A stretch of 52,411 nucleotides of DNA from Planctomycetota bacterium (GCA_050251015.1 JBFWNO010000005.1:1-52411), one strand, 5' to 3'. Positions 1-10,069 are shown, counted from the stretch's first letter. Notes: generated by a model not told the origin, from the letters alone. Numbers and translations: made by a program.

Positions 1-190
1 GCAAGTCAGGGGTGGGGTCGAAAAATGAGAGCAGAAAAAATACAGGGGATAAGAGCAGAGCACACCAGCCCACGGACTTGACTTCTCCTTTCAATGTCTT
101 TGGTTGCTTATTGAGATTTTTAAAATGTTTTGTCACTTCTCTTGGTTCTTCCCAACTCAGAAGAGGTTTAAAAAGTGTCCTGAACTTCAA
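1..190 (-). CDS. Partial hypothetical membrane protein (runs off the window start)
   Basis: TTG at 190 overlaps the TGA stop (189-187) of the upstream GT. The frame is open to the edge: MKFRTLFKPLLSWEEPREV...VGWCALLLSPVFFLLSFFDPTPDL, with a hydrophobic stretch. Visibly more AT-rich than its neighbours. Not in the ORF track because it has no stop codon. Confidence 0.5.
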   Translation of the reverse strand, partial: MKFRTLFKPLLSWEEPREVTKHFKNLNKQPKTLKGEVKSVGWCALLLSPVFFLLSFFDPTPDL

Positions 191-1365
191 GCGCCCTCAC
201 GATTGGATGACATAAACTCCAGAATCCTCTGCGCCCTCTTCACCCAAGTATGCTCGGCGGCCCGCTCTCTCGCGCGGATGGCCCGGGCCTGCGCGGAAGT
301 GGGGTCAGCGAGAAGGGAGGCGATCCCCTGGGTCCAGGCCTCCACGTCGCCGGGAGGCAACAAGAGGGCGCAGGACTCGTCAACGGCCTCCCGGAGGCTT
401 GGAAGATCGGACACAAGAAGGGGCGTGCCCAAGGCCATGGCCTCGTAGAGCTTGAGGGGACTGGTGCTTTCGGTGGAAAGGCCTTCGGGGATGTTGGGCA
501 CGCACGCGAGATCCGCCGCGCGCAACCACGAAGCCACCTCGCTGTAAGGCCGGTGGCCATGAAGGATCGCATTGGAGGGCCACGCCCCCACACGCCAGCG
601 AAGTGTGGTCGCGTCTTCGGGCATGCCCCCCACCAGATGGAACCGGACGGCCGGCAGGGCCCGCGCCACCTCCACCAAAGTATCGACACCCTTCCACTTA
701 TAGAGGTGGCCGGCATACACCACGATTTTTTCATCCGCCCCCAATCCAAGGCTCTGGCGGGCCGAGGCCCGATGGGGGGCCTTTTCGACCCACTGGTCGT
801 CATAGGCATCCGGGGCCACCAGAATTTTCTCTTTGGGATACCCCGAGGCGGCCAGGCGATCGGCAAGAAGTTGCGTGATCGCGATCACCCCCCGGCATCG
901 ACCCAGCCACTTGAGCTGCTGGGTCTCCAGCGAACCGGGGTAACGGTGCATCTCGTAGAACACCTTGAGATTGAGCCGGGTGATGAGCGGGAGCGACAGC
1001 ATCTCCCGTGTCCACACCAACGAACCAGGATCAGCCTTGAACGCCAGCCACGCCAGGGCGGCCGCTGAAAACGACGCCTGCTGCACCCGGGCATACAGCG
1101 GGGCGATGGGAGGGAACAGATCCACCAAGTGCGCGGCATCGATGTTGGGGAGCCTTGTGGAGGGGCCCCACTCCAGCTCCCAATACGCCTCCCAGAACTT
1201 GCGGCCGAAGCCCTTGTAGTGGGCCTCCCTCTGAAAGCGGAAGGGATAAAGAAGATGGGCGGGCCTCCCCGCGCGCGCAAAGGCCTTCCACATCATCACC
1301 ACCTGCAGGGGGTGGGCCCGGGGTGAGGGCAGGCGCGCGTTGCACAGGAGATACAAGGAAGTCAT
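187..1365 (-). CDS. Glycosyltransferase family 4 (GT-B)
   Basis: 392 aa; VVYAGHLYKWKGVDTL and STSPLKLYEAMALGTP motifs; ATGA overlap with the upstream gene. Confidence 0.92.
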   Translation of the reverse strand: MTSLYLLCNARLPSPRAHPLQVVMMWKAFARAGRPAHLLYPFRFQREAHYKGFGRKFWEAYWELEWGPSTRLPNIDAAHLVDLFPPIAPLYARVQQASFSAAALAWLAFKADPGSLVWTREMLSLPLITRLNLKVFYEMHRYPGSLETQQLKWLGRCRGVIAITQLLADRLAASGYPKEKILVAPDAYDDQWVEKAPHRASARQSLGLGADEKIVVYAGHLYKWKGVDTLVEVARALPAVRFHLVGGMPEDATTLRWRVGAWPSNAILHGHRPYSEVASWLRAADLACVPNIPEGLSTESTSPLKLYEAMALGTPLLVSDLPSLREAVDESCALLLPPGDVEAWTQGIASLLADPTSAQARAIRARERAAEHTWVKRAQRILEFMSSNREGA

Positions 1366-2402
1366 CCGCCCATCTCCGAAACAAGTCTTTGGGCCAAGAC
1401 ATCCAGGGAATGCTCCCTCTTCACTTTCTCAAACAATAACTCCCTGTCCTTCTGAAGCGTCTCGCGCGAGGTCTTGATAAGAGCCGCCAGCCTCTCCCTC
1501 ACCGCTGCCTCATCCACGCGTGATAGGAACGTTCTCTCTTGGGTGCCCTCAAGAAAGGTCGAGAAGGCCTCGTTGCCTGAGAGCACCGCACAACCCGCGG
1601 CCACGGCCTCCAGCACGCCCTTGTCGAGGGAGCCGGTGCCCGAGAGATTCACATAGAGGTCGGAGCGCCGGAGCAGTTCGCCCATCTTTGGATAGGGCAC
1701 AGCCCCCAGCAACGTCACGCGGGAACCCAGGGCTGACGCCAGCCGGCGGATCTCGGCCTCGTGTTCCTTCTGGCTTTCCATCGGCGCGTCCCCGGCGATC
1801 TCCAGGGTCCAGTCGCCTTCCAAACCTTTCAGCGCACGCAGAAGAACATCGACACGCTTGACCGGCGAAAGACGGCAGGCGCTCACGATCCTGAGCGGTC
1901 CACTTCGCGACGAGAGTGCGGGGCCGGGAAGAAAATGGGCGAGGTCGATGCCGTGGCCCACCACGCACTTCTTCTTCGTGTCCACACGCAGGCTCTCGGC
2001 GCTGGCGGTGAACACCCTGCGGCTGACCGCGATGGCCGCCCGAAGCATGGGCCCCACAAAGCTGTGGGTGTACCAGGTGAAGACGGGCCTGCCGTACAGG
2101 AAAGCGAAAGGAGACGAGGCCACTGAATAGATCGGCGTCATGTGCGTGAGCATGGCATCGTGCCTGGGAAGTTCGAGGCGGAGGATGGAGGCCAAGGTGA
2201 GGGCCTGTTCAAACTTCGAGGCCCCCCTTTCCTTCCCGAGCGACAGCACCCTGATGCCCTCGCCCAGCTCCGCGGTGTGGGTTTCCTGGGAGATCACCGT
2301 GAGTCCGCCTGCGGCACGCGCCAGGGCCCGGCACCAACCCGGGATGAACCCCCGGATCGTGTCGTCGGGGCGCAGCATCTGCACGAAGAAGATCAGTTTC
2401 AT
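1362..2402 (-). CDS. Glycosyltransferase family 4
   Basis: 346 aa; GHGIDL, CRLSPVKRVD and TGSLDKGVLEAVAAG motifs of GT-B/GT4. Confidence 0.9.
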   Translation of the reverse strand: MKLIFFVQMLRPDDTIRGFIPGWCRALARAAGGLTVISQETHTAELGEGIRVLSLGKERGASKFEQALTLASILRLELPRHDAMLTHMTPIYSVASSPFAFLYGRPVFTWYTHSFVGPMLRAAIAVSRRVFTASAESLRVDTKKKCVVGHGIDLAHFLPGPALSSRSGPLRIVSACRLSPVKRVDVLLRALKGLEGDWTLEIAGDAPMESQKEHEAEIRRLASALGSRVTLLGAVPYPKMGELLRRSDLYVNLSGTGSLDKGVLEAVAAGCAVLSGNEAFSTFLEGTQERTFLSRVDEAAVRERLAALIKTSRETLQKDRELLFEKVKREHSLDVLAQRLVSEMGG

Positions 2403-2470
2403 GGCTCTTTCATTATCGTGGATTGGGGCCTCAGACCGACGGGGGGAACTGATAAAATCCCCTTCTTCCC

Positions 2471-3595
2471 ATGAAAATTGCCATCCTGACCAGCGCCTTC
2501 CCCCCCGAGGCCGAAGGCGCCGCCACCCATCTTCCCGAGCTGGCCCAGGCCCTGCAGGAGCGGGGTCACAGGGTGCAGGTGGTGGCCGTGGTCAACCGCC
2601 AGGAAATCCGCGATTCCTACCCCTTCAGGGTCCGGCGGATCTCCCGCAGCCAGTTCCCCCTCGTGAGGGATGCCCGCATCCTGATGCACCTCATCCGGGC
2701 CGCCCGCAAGAGCCAGGTGCTCTATGCCTACGACCTCTGGTGGCAGGCCTCCCTGGCGGCCCTGCTCACGGGCATCCCTCTGGTGGTCAAGTGCACAGGC
2801 GACCTGGTGTGGGAACGTGCCATGGAGGCCGGGGACACCAAGGAAAGGCTCGAGGAATTCCTTGCAGCACCGAAGCCCCTGATGCTGTCGCTCAGGCACG
2901 CGCTCCAACGGTTCCTGGCCCGCTCGGCCACACGCCTGACCGTCTCCTGCGACCCCATCTGCCGCTTGCTCATGCAGTGGGGCGTGGCCCGCGAGCGTAT
3001 CGAGGTCATCCCCAACGCCCTTCCCCCCAACCCCCGCGAGAAGGACGAAGCCACCTATCTCGCCCAGTGGCGCGGCAAGCCCGGACTCCGCCTGATGACG
3101 GCCGGCTATGTCACCCGCACCAAAAACCTGGACCTCATCCTCGGGGCCCTTGAGAACCTTCCCGGCGCCCGTCTCGCGGTGGTGGGCGACGGACCCGACC
3201 TTGAGCGGATCAAGGCCCTGACCCGCGAGAAGAAGCTGGAGAACCGCGTCCTGTTCACCGGCAAGGTGCCCCGCCACGACGTGGCTGGCTATGTCAAGGA
3301 ATGCGACGTGCTGATCCTGAGTTCCCGCATCGGCAAATTCAACTACGTGCTGATGGAGGCCTTCCACAAGGGCAAGCCCGTGGTCGCCACGCGCGAGGGC
3401 TTCCACCCCGACTTTGTGGAGCACGGTGTCACCGGCTGGCTCCTCGACAACCAGGATCCCATGGCCCTCCAGGAGGTGCTGGAAGGCATCGCCTCGGGCC
3501 GCCTGACCCTCCCGGCGAATGTCTCGCGCCCGGTCGCCGGCTGGGAATCGATGGTGGCCCAGACGGGCGAACTGCTGGAATCTCTGGCCTCGTGA
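2471..3595 (+). CDS. Glycosyltransferase family 4
   Basis: 374 aa; N-terminal FPPEAEGAAT, then VIPNA, VVGDGP and VLMEAFHKGKPVVAT motifs; divergent from the previous two GTs. Confidence 0.9.
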   Translation: MKIAILTSAFPPEAEGAATHLPELAQALQERGHRVQVVAVVNRQEIRDSYPFRVRRISRSQFPLVRDARILMHLIRAARKSQVLYAYDLWWQASLAALLTGIPLVVKCTGDLVWERAMEAGDTKERLEEFLAAPKPLMLSLRHALQRFLARSATRLTVSCDPICRLLMQWGVARERIEVIPNALPPNPREKDEATYLAQWRGKPGLRLMTAGYVTRTKNLDLILGALENLPGARLAVVGDGPDLERIKALTREKKLENRVLFTGKVPRHDVAGYVKECDVLILSSRIGKFNYVLMEAFHKGKPVVATREGFHPDFVEHGVTGWLLDNQDPMALQEVLEGIASGRLTLPANVSRPVAGWESMVAQTGELLESLAS

Positions 3596-4704
3596 GGCTC
3601 CTGGGAATCGGGGCCGATGCCTCCTGCGCCCGCGGGCTCAGGGGTCCCCACCACCGCCTGATGGAGGAATTCTCGCGCCATTGGGAGCGCATCGACTACC
3701 TTTGCCCCCACCACCCTGAAGCCCGCGACACCACGCTCTTTGGCAATGTGCACTTCCATGTGGCTCCCCCCTCAAAATTCCGGCGTCTTTCCTGGCTCAC
3801 CTCCACAGGGAAGAGACTGCTCGAGGAACACCATCACGACATCATGGGTATCCATGAGTATCCTCCCTTCATCAACGGCATCGCGGCCCGGCGCCTCACC
3901 AGGCTCACTGGAGTGCCCCACATTTTGGAGATCTACCATGTGGAGGGCCACCCCAAGGCGGCCGACATCCCGGAATTCTTTAGGCGCCTTCTGACCGGCT
4001 GGTATGTGGGCTTCGCCCACCGCGAGGCCGCCAGGATCCGGGTGATCAACCGCACCCAGACTCCCCGCTTCCTCGAGGACCATGGCGTGCCAGCCGACAA
4101 GTTGCTTTTGCTGTATTCCTCCTACACCGACCTCGAGACCTTTCATCCGGGGGCGGCCGCCCAAGCGCAGGATGTGCTGTTCATCGGGCGGCTGGTGCGC
4201 AACAAGGGACTCGACACCCTGATCGAGGCCCTGCGCCTTGTGCCCGGCGCCACCGCCAGGATCGTGGGTACGGGGCCTCTCAGGCCCGCCTTGGAAGCCA
4301 CTCTTGCGAAGGGGGACCTCGCGGGTCGCGTGACCTTCCACGGCTGGGCCCAGGATGAGACCGAGATCGCCGGCCTCATCCGTGCCTCGGGCATGCTGGT
4401 GTGCGCTTCCCTTTCCGAGGGCGGACCCCGCACCACCCTGGAGGCCATGGCCTGCGGCGTGCCGGTGATCTCCACACCCGTGGGCACCATGCCCGACATG
4501 ATCGTCCACCGCCAGAACGGGTGCCTGACCGGGTTCGATGCGGCCAGTCTCGCCACCGAAATCGCCTTCCTCCGGGACAACCCCGCCGAGGCCCGGCGCA
4601 TCGGACTGGCCGGCCGCGAGGCCATGCTCCCCTTCGAGCGAAGGGCGTTGATCAAGGCCTATGCCGAGGGCTACCAGGCCGTGGCCCGTGAGCTGTCCCG
4701 ATGA
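3592..4704 (+). CDS. Glycosyltransferase family 4
   Basis: Start moved from 3301 to the GTG at 3592 (GTGA overlap with the previous stop); LFIGRLVRNKGLD and SEGGPRTTLEAMACGVPVI motifs. Confidence 0.9.
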   Translation: MRLLGIGADASCARGLRGPHHRLMEEFSRHWERIDYLCPHHPEARDTTLFGNVHFHVAPPSKFRRLSWLTSTGKRLLEEHHHDIMGIHEYPPFINGIAARRLTRLTGVPHILEIYHVEGHPKAADIPEFFRRLLTGWYVGFAHREAARIRVINRTQTPRFLEDHGVPADKLLLLYSSYTDLETFHPGAAAQAQDVLFIGRLVRNKGLDTLIEALRLVPGATARIVGTGPLRPALEATLAKGDLAGRVTFHGWAQDETEIAGLIRASGMLVCASLSEGGPRTTLEAMACGVPVISTPVGTMPDMIVHRQNGCLTGFDAASLATEIAFLRDNPAEARRIGLAGREAMLPFERRALIKAYAEGYQAVARELSR

Positions 4705-5762
4705 GAGTCCTCCACGTGATCAGCACCCTCGATCCCGGCGGCGCCGAGAACGCCCTCCTCGACCTGGCCCGCGGCCTCCAAGCGAGGGGACTGACCCAGA
4801 CGGTGGCCCACCTCATCGGCCCTGGTTCGATGGCCCCCCAGTTCCGTTCCCTCGGCATCGAAGTGCTCAAGTCGCCCTTTGAATCCTTCCCGGAACTTCC
4901 GCTGACCCTCTTTCACCTGCACAGCCTGATGGAGGCACACGACCTGACACACTCCCACCTTCTCAAGGCCAACAGCCTCTGCTCGCTGGCCGCACCGGCC
5001 GGCCGGCCCCTGGTGGGCTCCCGGCACAATGATGAGCGCATCCTCGAACGCCCCTGGGTTGCGGTGCTCCACCGGATGCTGAGCCGGAAAGAACAGGCCC
5101 ATGTCGCCATCAGTCCTGCCGTGAGGGACTATTACATCGGCAAGGGGCTGGAAGCGGAAAAATTCACCGTCATTCCCTACGGATTCGAGCCGGTGTCCGC
5201 GCCACCACGGGAGGACCTGCGCAAGGAATTCGGCCTGGGCGAGGGTCCCCTCCTGTTGCATGCCGGGCGCCTGGTGCCCCAAAAGGGCCAGGCCTTCCTG
5301 GTGGAGGCTGTGGCTGCCATTCCGGGAGCCTCCCTCTTGGTCTGTGGAGAAGGCCCGCTCCGGGGCGACCTGGAATCGAGGGTCTCGGCGCTGGGCCTGG
5401 CCCCACGCGTCCGCTTCCTCGGGCGCCGCGCCGACCTCGCCCGCCTGATGGTGTCCTCGGATCTTTTTGTGTTGCCATCCCTGTGGGAAGGCCTGGGCCG
5501 GGTGCTCCTGGAGTGCATGGACCTGGGCCTGCCCGTGGTGGCCTCCGATGTGAGCGCCATCCCCGGCGTGCTGGGCGACACGGGTTGGCTGGCGAAGCCG
5601 GGGTCGACCGAGGCCCTGGCCTCCGCGATCCGGCAAGCTCTTGCCGACAAGGATTCGTGGCCGTCACGCCGGGAACGCATGCGGAGCCGTCTGCGCGGGC
5701 AGTTCTCGGTGTCGGCCTATGTGGAGGCCCACAGGCAACTCTATGAAAGGCTCCGGTCATGA
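4701..5762 (+). CDS. Glycosyltransferase family 4
   Basis: 353 aa; RVLHVISTLDPGGAE, GRLVPQKG and PSLWEGLGRVLLECM motifs; ATGA coupling. Confidence 0.92.
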   Translation: MRVLHVISTLDPGGAENALLDLARGLQARGLTQTVAHLIGPGSMAPQFRSLGIEVLKSPFESFPELPLTLFHLHSLMEAHDLTHSHLLKANSLCSLAAPAGRPLVGSRHNDERILERPWVAVLHRMLSRKEQAHVAISPAVRDYYIGKGLEAEKFTVIPYGFEPVSAPPREDLRKEFGLGEGPLLLHAGRLVPQKGQAFLVEAVAAIPGASLLVCGEGPLRGDLESRVSALGLAPRVRFLGRRADLARLMVSSDLFVLPSLWEGLGRVLLECMDLGLPVVASDVSAIPGVLGDTGWLAKPGSTEALASAIRQALADKDSWPSRRERMRSRLRGQFSVSAYVEAHRQLYERLRS

Positions 5763-6889
5763 GCCGACCGAGGATCCTGCGCGTGATCACCAGGCTGAAT
5801 GTGGGCGGGCCCTCCATCCAGGCCCTGGACCTTGCCGCCAATCCCCTGTGGGAAACACGCCTGATCTCGGGCGCCCTCAAGCCGGGGGAGGAAGACATGA
5901 GCTGGCGTGCAGCCGGAAACAATCTTGATCACGGGATTCTTCCTGATCTTGTGCAACCCCCCTCCCCCCTCAAGGATCTCCGGGCCCTCAGGGCCCTGGT
6001 CGGCGAGATCCGGCGTTTCCGGCCCGACATCATCCACACCCACCATGCCAAGGCGGGATGGCTGGGCCGCCTGGCCGGGGCTCTCACCGGAACACGGGCC
6101 GTGGTGCACACCTTCCACGGAAACGTCTTCTCGGGGCACTTCGGCCCCCTCATGAGCACGGCGGTGCTCCAAGCGGAAAGGACGTTGGCGCCCCTGGCCC
6201 ACAAGCTGATCGCCATCTCGGAACTCCAGCAACGCGATCTCTGCGACCGCTGGCAGGTGACGGAGTGGGAGCATACCGAGGTCATTCCCCTGGGCTTCGA
6301 TCTCTCAACCTTTCCCTCCACGCTGACCAAGGTGGAAGCCCGCCGTGCGCTCGGCCTTCCGGAGACCGGGACGCTCCTTGGCATGGTCGGGCGGCTGACC
6401 CACGTCAAGAACCACGCTTTCTTCCTCGAGGCGCTGGCCCGGGGACCCGCATCGTGGAGCGCTACAATTGTCGGCGATGGTGAACTGGAACAGTCTCTGC
6501 GGGAACAGACACGCCGGCTTGGGTTGGCCTCAAGGGTTCATTTCGTGCCCACGGTGCGCGAAGTGGCCAACGTGTACCGCGCCCTCGACCTTCTGTGCAT
6601 CCCCAGCCATTCCGAGGGCACGCCCGTGGCCATGATCGAGGCCATGGCCTCCCTCACCCCGGTGGTGGCCTCGGCCGTGGGAGGCATCCCCGACCTCGCC
6701 GGCCGGCATGGCGAAAGGGCCTCGCTCCACAGGCCCGGTGACATCCCGGGGTTCCTGCAGGCGGCCGGTGCCGCGCTGGGACAGGGCGAGTCGCGCCTCC
6801 ACGCCGCCCGCGAGCATGTCCTCAAGAACCACAGCGCCTCCCGCCTGGCGGGGAGCCTGGACGCCCTCTACAGGGAACTTCTGTCATGA
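5759..6889 (+). CDS. Glycosyltransferase family 4
   Basis: 376 aa; ITRLNVGGP, HTHHAKAG, HTFHG and SEGTPVAMIEAMA motifs. Confidence 0.92.
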   Translation: MSRPRILRVITRLNVGGPSIQALDLAANPLWETRLISGALKPGEEDMSWRAAGNNLDHGILPDLVQPPSPLKDLRALRALVGEIRRFRPDIIHTHHAKAGWLGRLAGALTGTRAVVHTFHGNVFSGHFGPLMSTAVLQAERTLAPLAHKLIAISELQQRDLCDRWQVTEWEHTEVIPLGFDLSTFPSTLTKVEARRALGLPETGTLLGMVGRLTHVKNHAFFLEALARGPASWSATIVGDGELEQSLREQTRRLGLASRVHFVPTVREVANVYRALDLLCIPSHSEGTPVAMIEAMASLTPVVASAVGGIPDLAGRHGERASLHRPGDIPGFLQAAGAALGQGESRLHAAREHVLKNHSASRLAGSLDALYRELLS

Positions 6890-8337
6890 GCTTCCTGAGG
6901 CACACCTGGAAACTGGCCGCCTTCGCCCTCGAGCTGGCGTCGGATGTGCTGGGCATCATCCTGTCGTTCATGGTCTCCCATGTCCTGTACGGCACCATGG
7001 TGGGTACGGCCCAGCGTCCCTTCGCCGACAAGCTGGATGTCCATCTGGTGGTGATGATTGTGGTGCTTGGCGTCTTCTTCCTCCACGACCTCTACCGCAA
7101 GCACAAGACCATCCTCAACATCGAGGAAACCCGGCTGATCCTCAAGAGCCTGATCATCGCCGGTCTCCTGACCTTCGCAGGCCTCTTCTTCCTGGAAGAG
7201 GCCCGCCAGGAGTCCCTCGACCGCAACGCCCCCCTGCTGGGATCCTTGCATGCCTGGCTGGCCTCTCGCGAATTCCACCTGCAGGTCTCGCGTCTGGAGA
7301 TGTCGATGGCCTTGGCCCTGATGTTCCCGCTGGTGGGGCTCCTGCGCTACGGGGTTTTCAAACTCCAGCAGACTCTGCACCTGAAGGGTTTCGGCAACGA
7401 GAGGGTGCTGATCTACGGGCGCGGGGAACTGGCGCGCAGGCTCCGCGACAAGATCCTGCAGAGCCCCAAGTCGGGCTATTTCCTTGTGGGCCTGATCAAC
7501 GACGACGGGTCCGAGCTCGATCAGGTGCGCCGCCTGGGGAGTTTCAGCGACATCGAGCGTCTGTGTGCCTCCTTCGAGATCGACCGGCTGGTGGTGGCCG
7601 ATGAGGGGGCCACCCCCGAGCGCCTGGTGGAACTGCTGAGATTGTCGCAGGACCTCCGGCTCCAACTGGAGTTCGTGCCGGCCCTCCACGCCCTCTTTGC
7701 CCACCGCATCCGCCTCTCTGATGTCGACGGGCTCCCGCTGATCACGGTGAAGGACCTGGCCGCCTCCCCCCTTCACCGGGCCCTCAAGAGGCTCTTCGAC
7801 CTGGTGCTGGGCACCCTTCTCTTCATCCTGCTCCTGCCCCTTTTGGCGCTTATCGCCCTATGGGTGAAGCTCGACAGTCCGGGCCCCGTGCTGTTCCGCC
7901 AGCGCCGCACCGGACTCGGGGGACGTGAATTCACCATGCTCAAGTTCCGCTCCATGCGCGTGGAGGCCCCGGCCTACGCCCTGACCCCCACCACCAGCGA
8001 CGATCCGAGAATCACCAAGGCGGGCCGTATCCTCAGGCGCCTCTCGCTTGATGAGTTCCCCCAGCTGGTGAATGTGCTGCGGGGCGAGATGTCGCTGGTG
8101 GGCCCCAGGCCCGAGATGCCCTTCATCACGGAAAGGTACACGCCCCAGCAGCGCGAACGCCTCCGCGTGAAGCCTGGCCTCACCGGCCTTTGGCAGATCA
8201 GCGCGGACCGCCGCCTTTCCATTCACGAGAACCTCGACTACGACCTCTACTACATCGAACACCAGAGCATGCTCCTGGATTTCGTGATCCTGATCCGCAC
8301 GGCCTACAGTGTGGTCCGTGGCATCGGAGCCTGGTGA
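6886..8337 (+). CDS. Priming polyprenyl-phosphate glycosylphosphotransferase (WcaJ/WbaP-like sugar transferase)
   Basis: 483 aa; N-terminal TM helices, a CoA-binding-like middle domain (VLIYGRGE) and C-terminal KFRSM, DDPRIT, LDEFPQLVNVLRGEMSLVGPRPE and KPGLTGLWQ motifs. Confidence 0.95.
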   Translation: MSFLRHTWKLAAFALELASDVLGIILSFMVSHVLYGTMVGTAQRPFADKLDVHLVVMIVVLGVFFLHDLYRKHKTILNIEETRLILKSLIIAGLLTFAGLFFLEEARQESLDRNAPLLGSLHAWLASREFHLQVSRLEMSMALALMFPLVGLLRYGVFKLQQTLHLKGFGNERVLIYGRGELARRLRDKILQSPKSGYFLVGLINDDGSELDQVRRLGSFSDIERLCASFEIDRLVVADEGATPERLVELLRLSQDLRLQLEFVPALHALFAHRIRLSDVDGLPLITVKDLAASPLHRALKRLFDLVLGTLLFILLLPLLALIALWVKLDSPGPVLFRQRRTGLGGREFTMLKFRSMRVEAPAYALTPTTSDDPRITKAGRILRRLSLDEFPQLVNVLRGEMSLVGPRPEMPFITERYTPQQRERLRVKPGLTGLWQISADRRLSIHENLDYDLYYIEHQSMLLDFVILIRTAYSVVRGIGAW

Positions 8338-8519
8338 TCAGCTACCGCTCCACCTTCGGCATGCTCCTGATCATCGGCGGCGCCATCGCCATCGGGGCCG
8401 GAGAGGTGGGCGCCGAACGCGGCGGGGTGTTCGAAGGCACTCTCGCTTCCTGCCTGGGTGGCGGGATGGTGGTCTACGGCGTCTTCCTGATCGGCCAGCA
8501 CTTCTTCACAAGACCGTAG
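8334..8519 (+). CDS. Small two-TM hypothetical membrane protein (61 aa)
   Basis: GTG at 8334 overlaps the sugar-transferase stop (GTGA); two hydrophobic Gly-rich segments; host-like codon usage. Confidence 0.6.
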   Translation: MISYRSTFGMLLIIGGAIAIGAGEVGAERGGVFEGTLASCLGGGMVVYGVFLIGQHFFTRP

Positions 8520-8526
8520 ACTCGGA

Positions 8527-9099
8527 CTATCCCCGCAGTTTGCGGATCACCTCCACCAGACGTTGGCCCAACAGGGTGGCCTGGGCCAGCTGGGCGGGAT
8601 CCTTGAGCTGGCCGGCCTCGTTGAAGGCCTCGTGGGCCTTGCCCAGCGCCAGGGTCTCGGGGATCACCAGGGTGCCGATGCCCTCGAGGATGTACCTCAG
8701 GTGCGGCAGGGCCCGCAGGCCACCGAGCGCCCCGGGCGAGGCCGCCATTACGGCAGCGACCTTGCCCTTGTAGGCGGCCATGTGGGCCTCCTGGCCGTGC
8801 TTGCGGGAGAGCCAGTCGATCGTGTTCTTCATCAGGGGCGACAGCGATCCGTTGTACTCGGGGGAGGCGAAAAGGTAGCCGTCGCAGGCGATGGCGCGCT
8901 GCTTGAGGGCCGAAACCGCCGGCGGGATCCCTGCCGATTCAAGATCCTCGGAAAACAGGGGAAGGGGATCCGCCAGAAGGTCCACCACCTCCACCCGGGC
9001 CCCCGCCTGGCGCGCGGCCTCGGCCGCCACCGCCAGCAGTCGGGAGTTCCACGAACCCTTGCGGGTGCTTCCGGAGATGGCGAGGAGGGAGGGGTTCAT
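8527..9099 (-). CDS. NAD(P)H-dependent FMN reductase (flavodoxin-like)
   Basis: ISGSTRKGSWN, ASPEYNGSLSPLMKNTIDWLSR and SPGALGG motifs. Confidence 0.93.
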   Translation of the reverse strand: MNPSLLAISGSTRKGSWNSRLLAVAAEAARQAGARVEVVDLLADPLPLFSEDLESAGIPPAVSALKQRAIACDGYLFASPEYNGSLSPLMKNTIDWLSRKHGQEAHMAAYKGKVAAVMAASPGALGGLRALPHLRYILEGIGTLVIPETLALGKAHEAFNEAGQLKDPAQLAQATLLGQRLVEVIRKLRG

Positions 9100-9815
9100 G
9101 GGGATCCTTTCTTGGGCACAAGGTGGGGAAGGTCGAAGAGCAGGAGATCGGAATCTTTCAGGGCTTCCACCTCGATGGTCTTCGCATCGGAGAATGATAT
9201 CCCGTCTCCGGCCTCCAACATCTGGCCCGACACCCGCACGGACCCCCTCATCACCTGCAACCAGCCCAAGGGGTTCCTGAGGGACGCGCGGACCCGGCGA
9301 CCGGTCTCAAGATTCAGGCGGTGAACGTCGGCGTCCTGGCGGATGGCGATGCTGCCCCGGCGGCCATCGGGGCTGGCCACCAAAGCCAGGCCGTCCTTGA
9401 ACTCCAGCTCCTCCAGCGACTTCTGGGCATAGGCCGGCTCGAGCCCGCGTTCCCCGGGGAAGATCCAGATCTGGTAGAGATGGGTCGGTGAGGAGGCCGA
9501 GGGATTTTCCTCGGAATGCAGAACACCCGTGCCGGCGCTCATGTACTGGAAATCCCCGGCGCGGATCACCGAGCCGTTGCCCAGGCTGTCCTTGTGCCGC
9601 AGTTCACCCTCCAGGACACAGGTGAGGATCTCCATGTCGCGGTGGGGATGAGTGGGGAAGGCCCCGCCGGGGGCGATCCTGTCCTCGTTCATCACCCTCA
9701 GGGGGCCGAAGTTCCTGTGGTTGGGATCATCATAGGTGTCGAAGGAGAAGGTGTGCCAGGTGTCGAGCCACCCATGGTGGGCATGACCGCGTTCCCCCGC
9801 CTTGCGCACGATCAC
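9096..9815 (-). CDS. Pirin family protein (YhhW-like)
   Basis: HGWLDTWHTFSF, FPTHPHRDMEI, MSAGTGVLHSE and LYQIWI bicupin motifs. Confidence 0.95.
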   Translation of the reverse strand: MIVRKAGERGHAHHGWLDTWHTFSFDTYDDPNHRNFGPLRVMNEDRIAPGGAFPTHPHRDMEILTCVLEGELRHKDSLGNGSVIRAGDFQYMSAGTGVLHSEENPSASSPTHLYQIWIFPGERGLEPAYAQKSLEELEFKDGLALVASPDGRRGSIAIRQDADVHRLNLETGRRVRASLRNPLGWLQVMRGSVRVSGQMLEAGDGISFSDAKTIEVEALKDSDLLLFDLPHLVPKKGSP

Positions 9816-9827
9816 AGGCCTTCCCCC

Positions 9828-10007
9828 TCAGCGCCTTGGGGGAGCCAATTCCGGCGGCGGCTCGCTGGTCGTGGTTTCGCCATTGGCTTCCACATGCGTG
9901 CTCGGTGCAGCGGGTCCGGGCTTCCGCCCGATCGGCTGGGCCACGGCACAGCAACCCACGGCCATCCACACAGTCAAGAGAACTCGTGGACAACGCTTGA
10001 ACATCAT
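9828..10007 (-). CDS. Small putative exported Pro-rich protein (59 aa)
   Basis: AAGGAG Shine-Dalgarno 5 nt before the ATG at 10007; basic N-terminus plus hydrophobic stretch ending AVGCC; Pro/Thr-rich tail; its stop abuts the pirin RBS. Confidence 0.5.
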   Translation of the reverse strand: MMFKRCPRVLLTVWMAVGCCAVAQPIGRKPGPAAPSTHVEANGETTTSEPPPELAPPRR

Positions 10008-10069
10008 GGGGACTCCTTGTGGCACGGTGGGGTGAGACCAGAGCATACACTGTGTCATCAACTGTAGAG

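Noticed and set aside
3301-3591. Extended start of the 3301-4704 GT
   Set aside because: Overlaps the previous GT by about 295 bp; the GTG at 3592 gives standard coupling.
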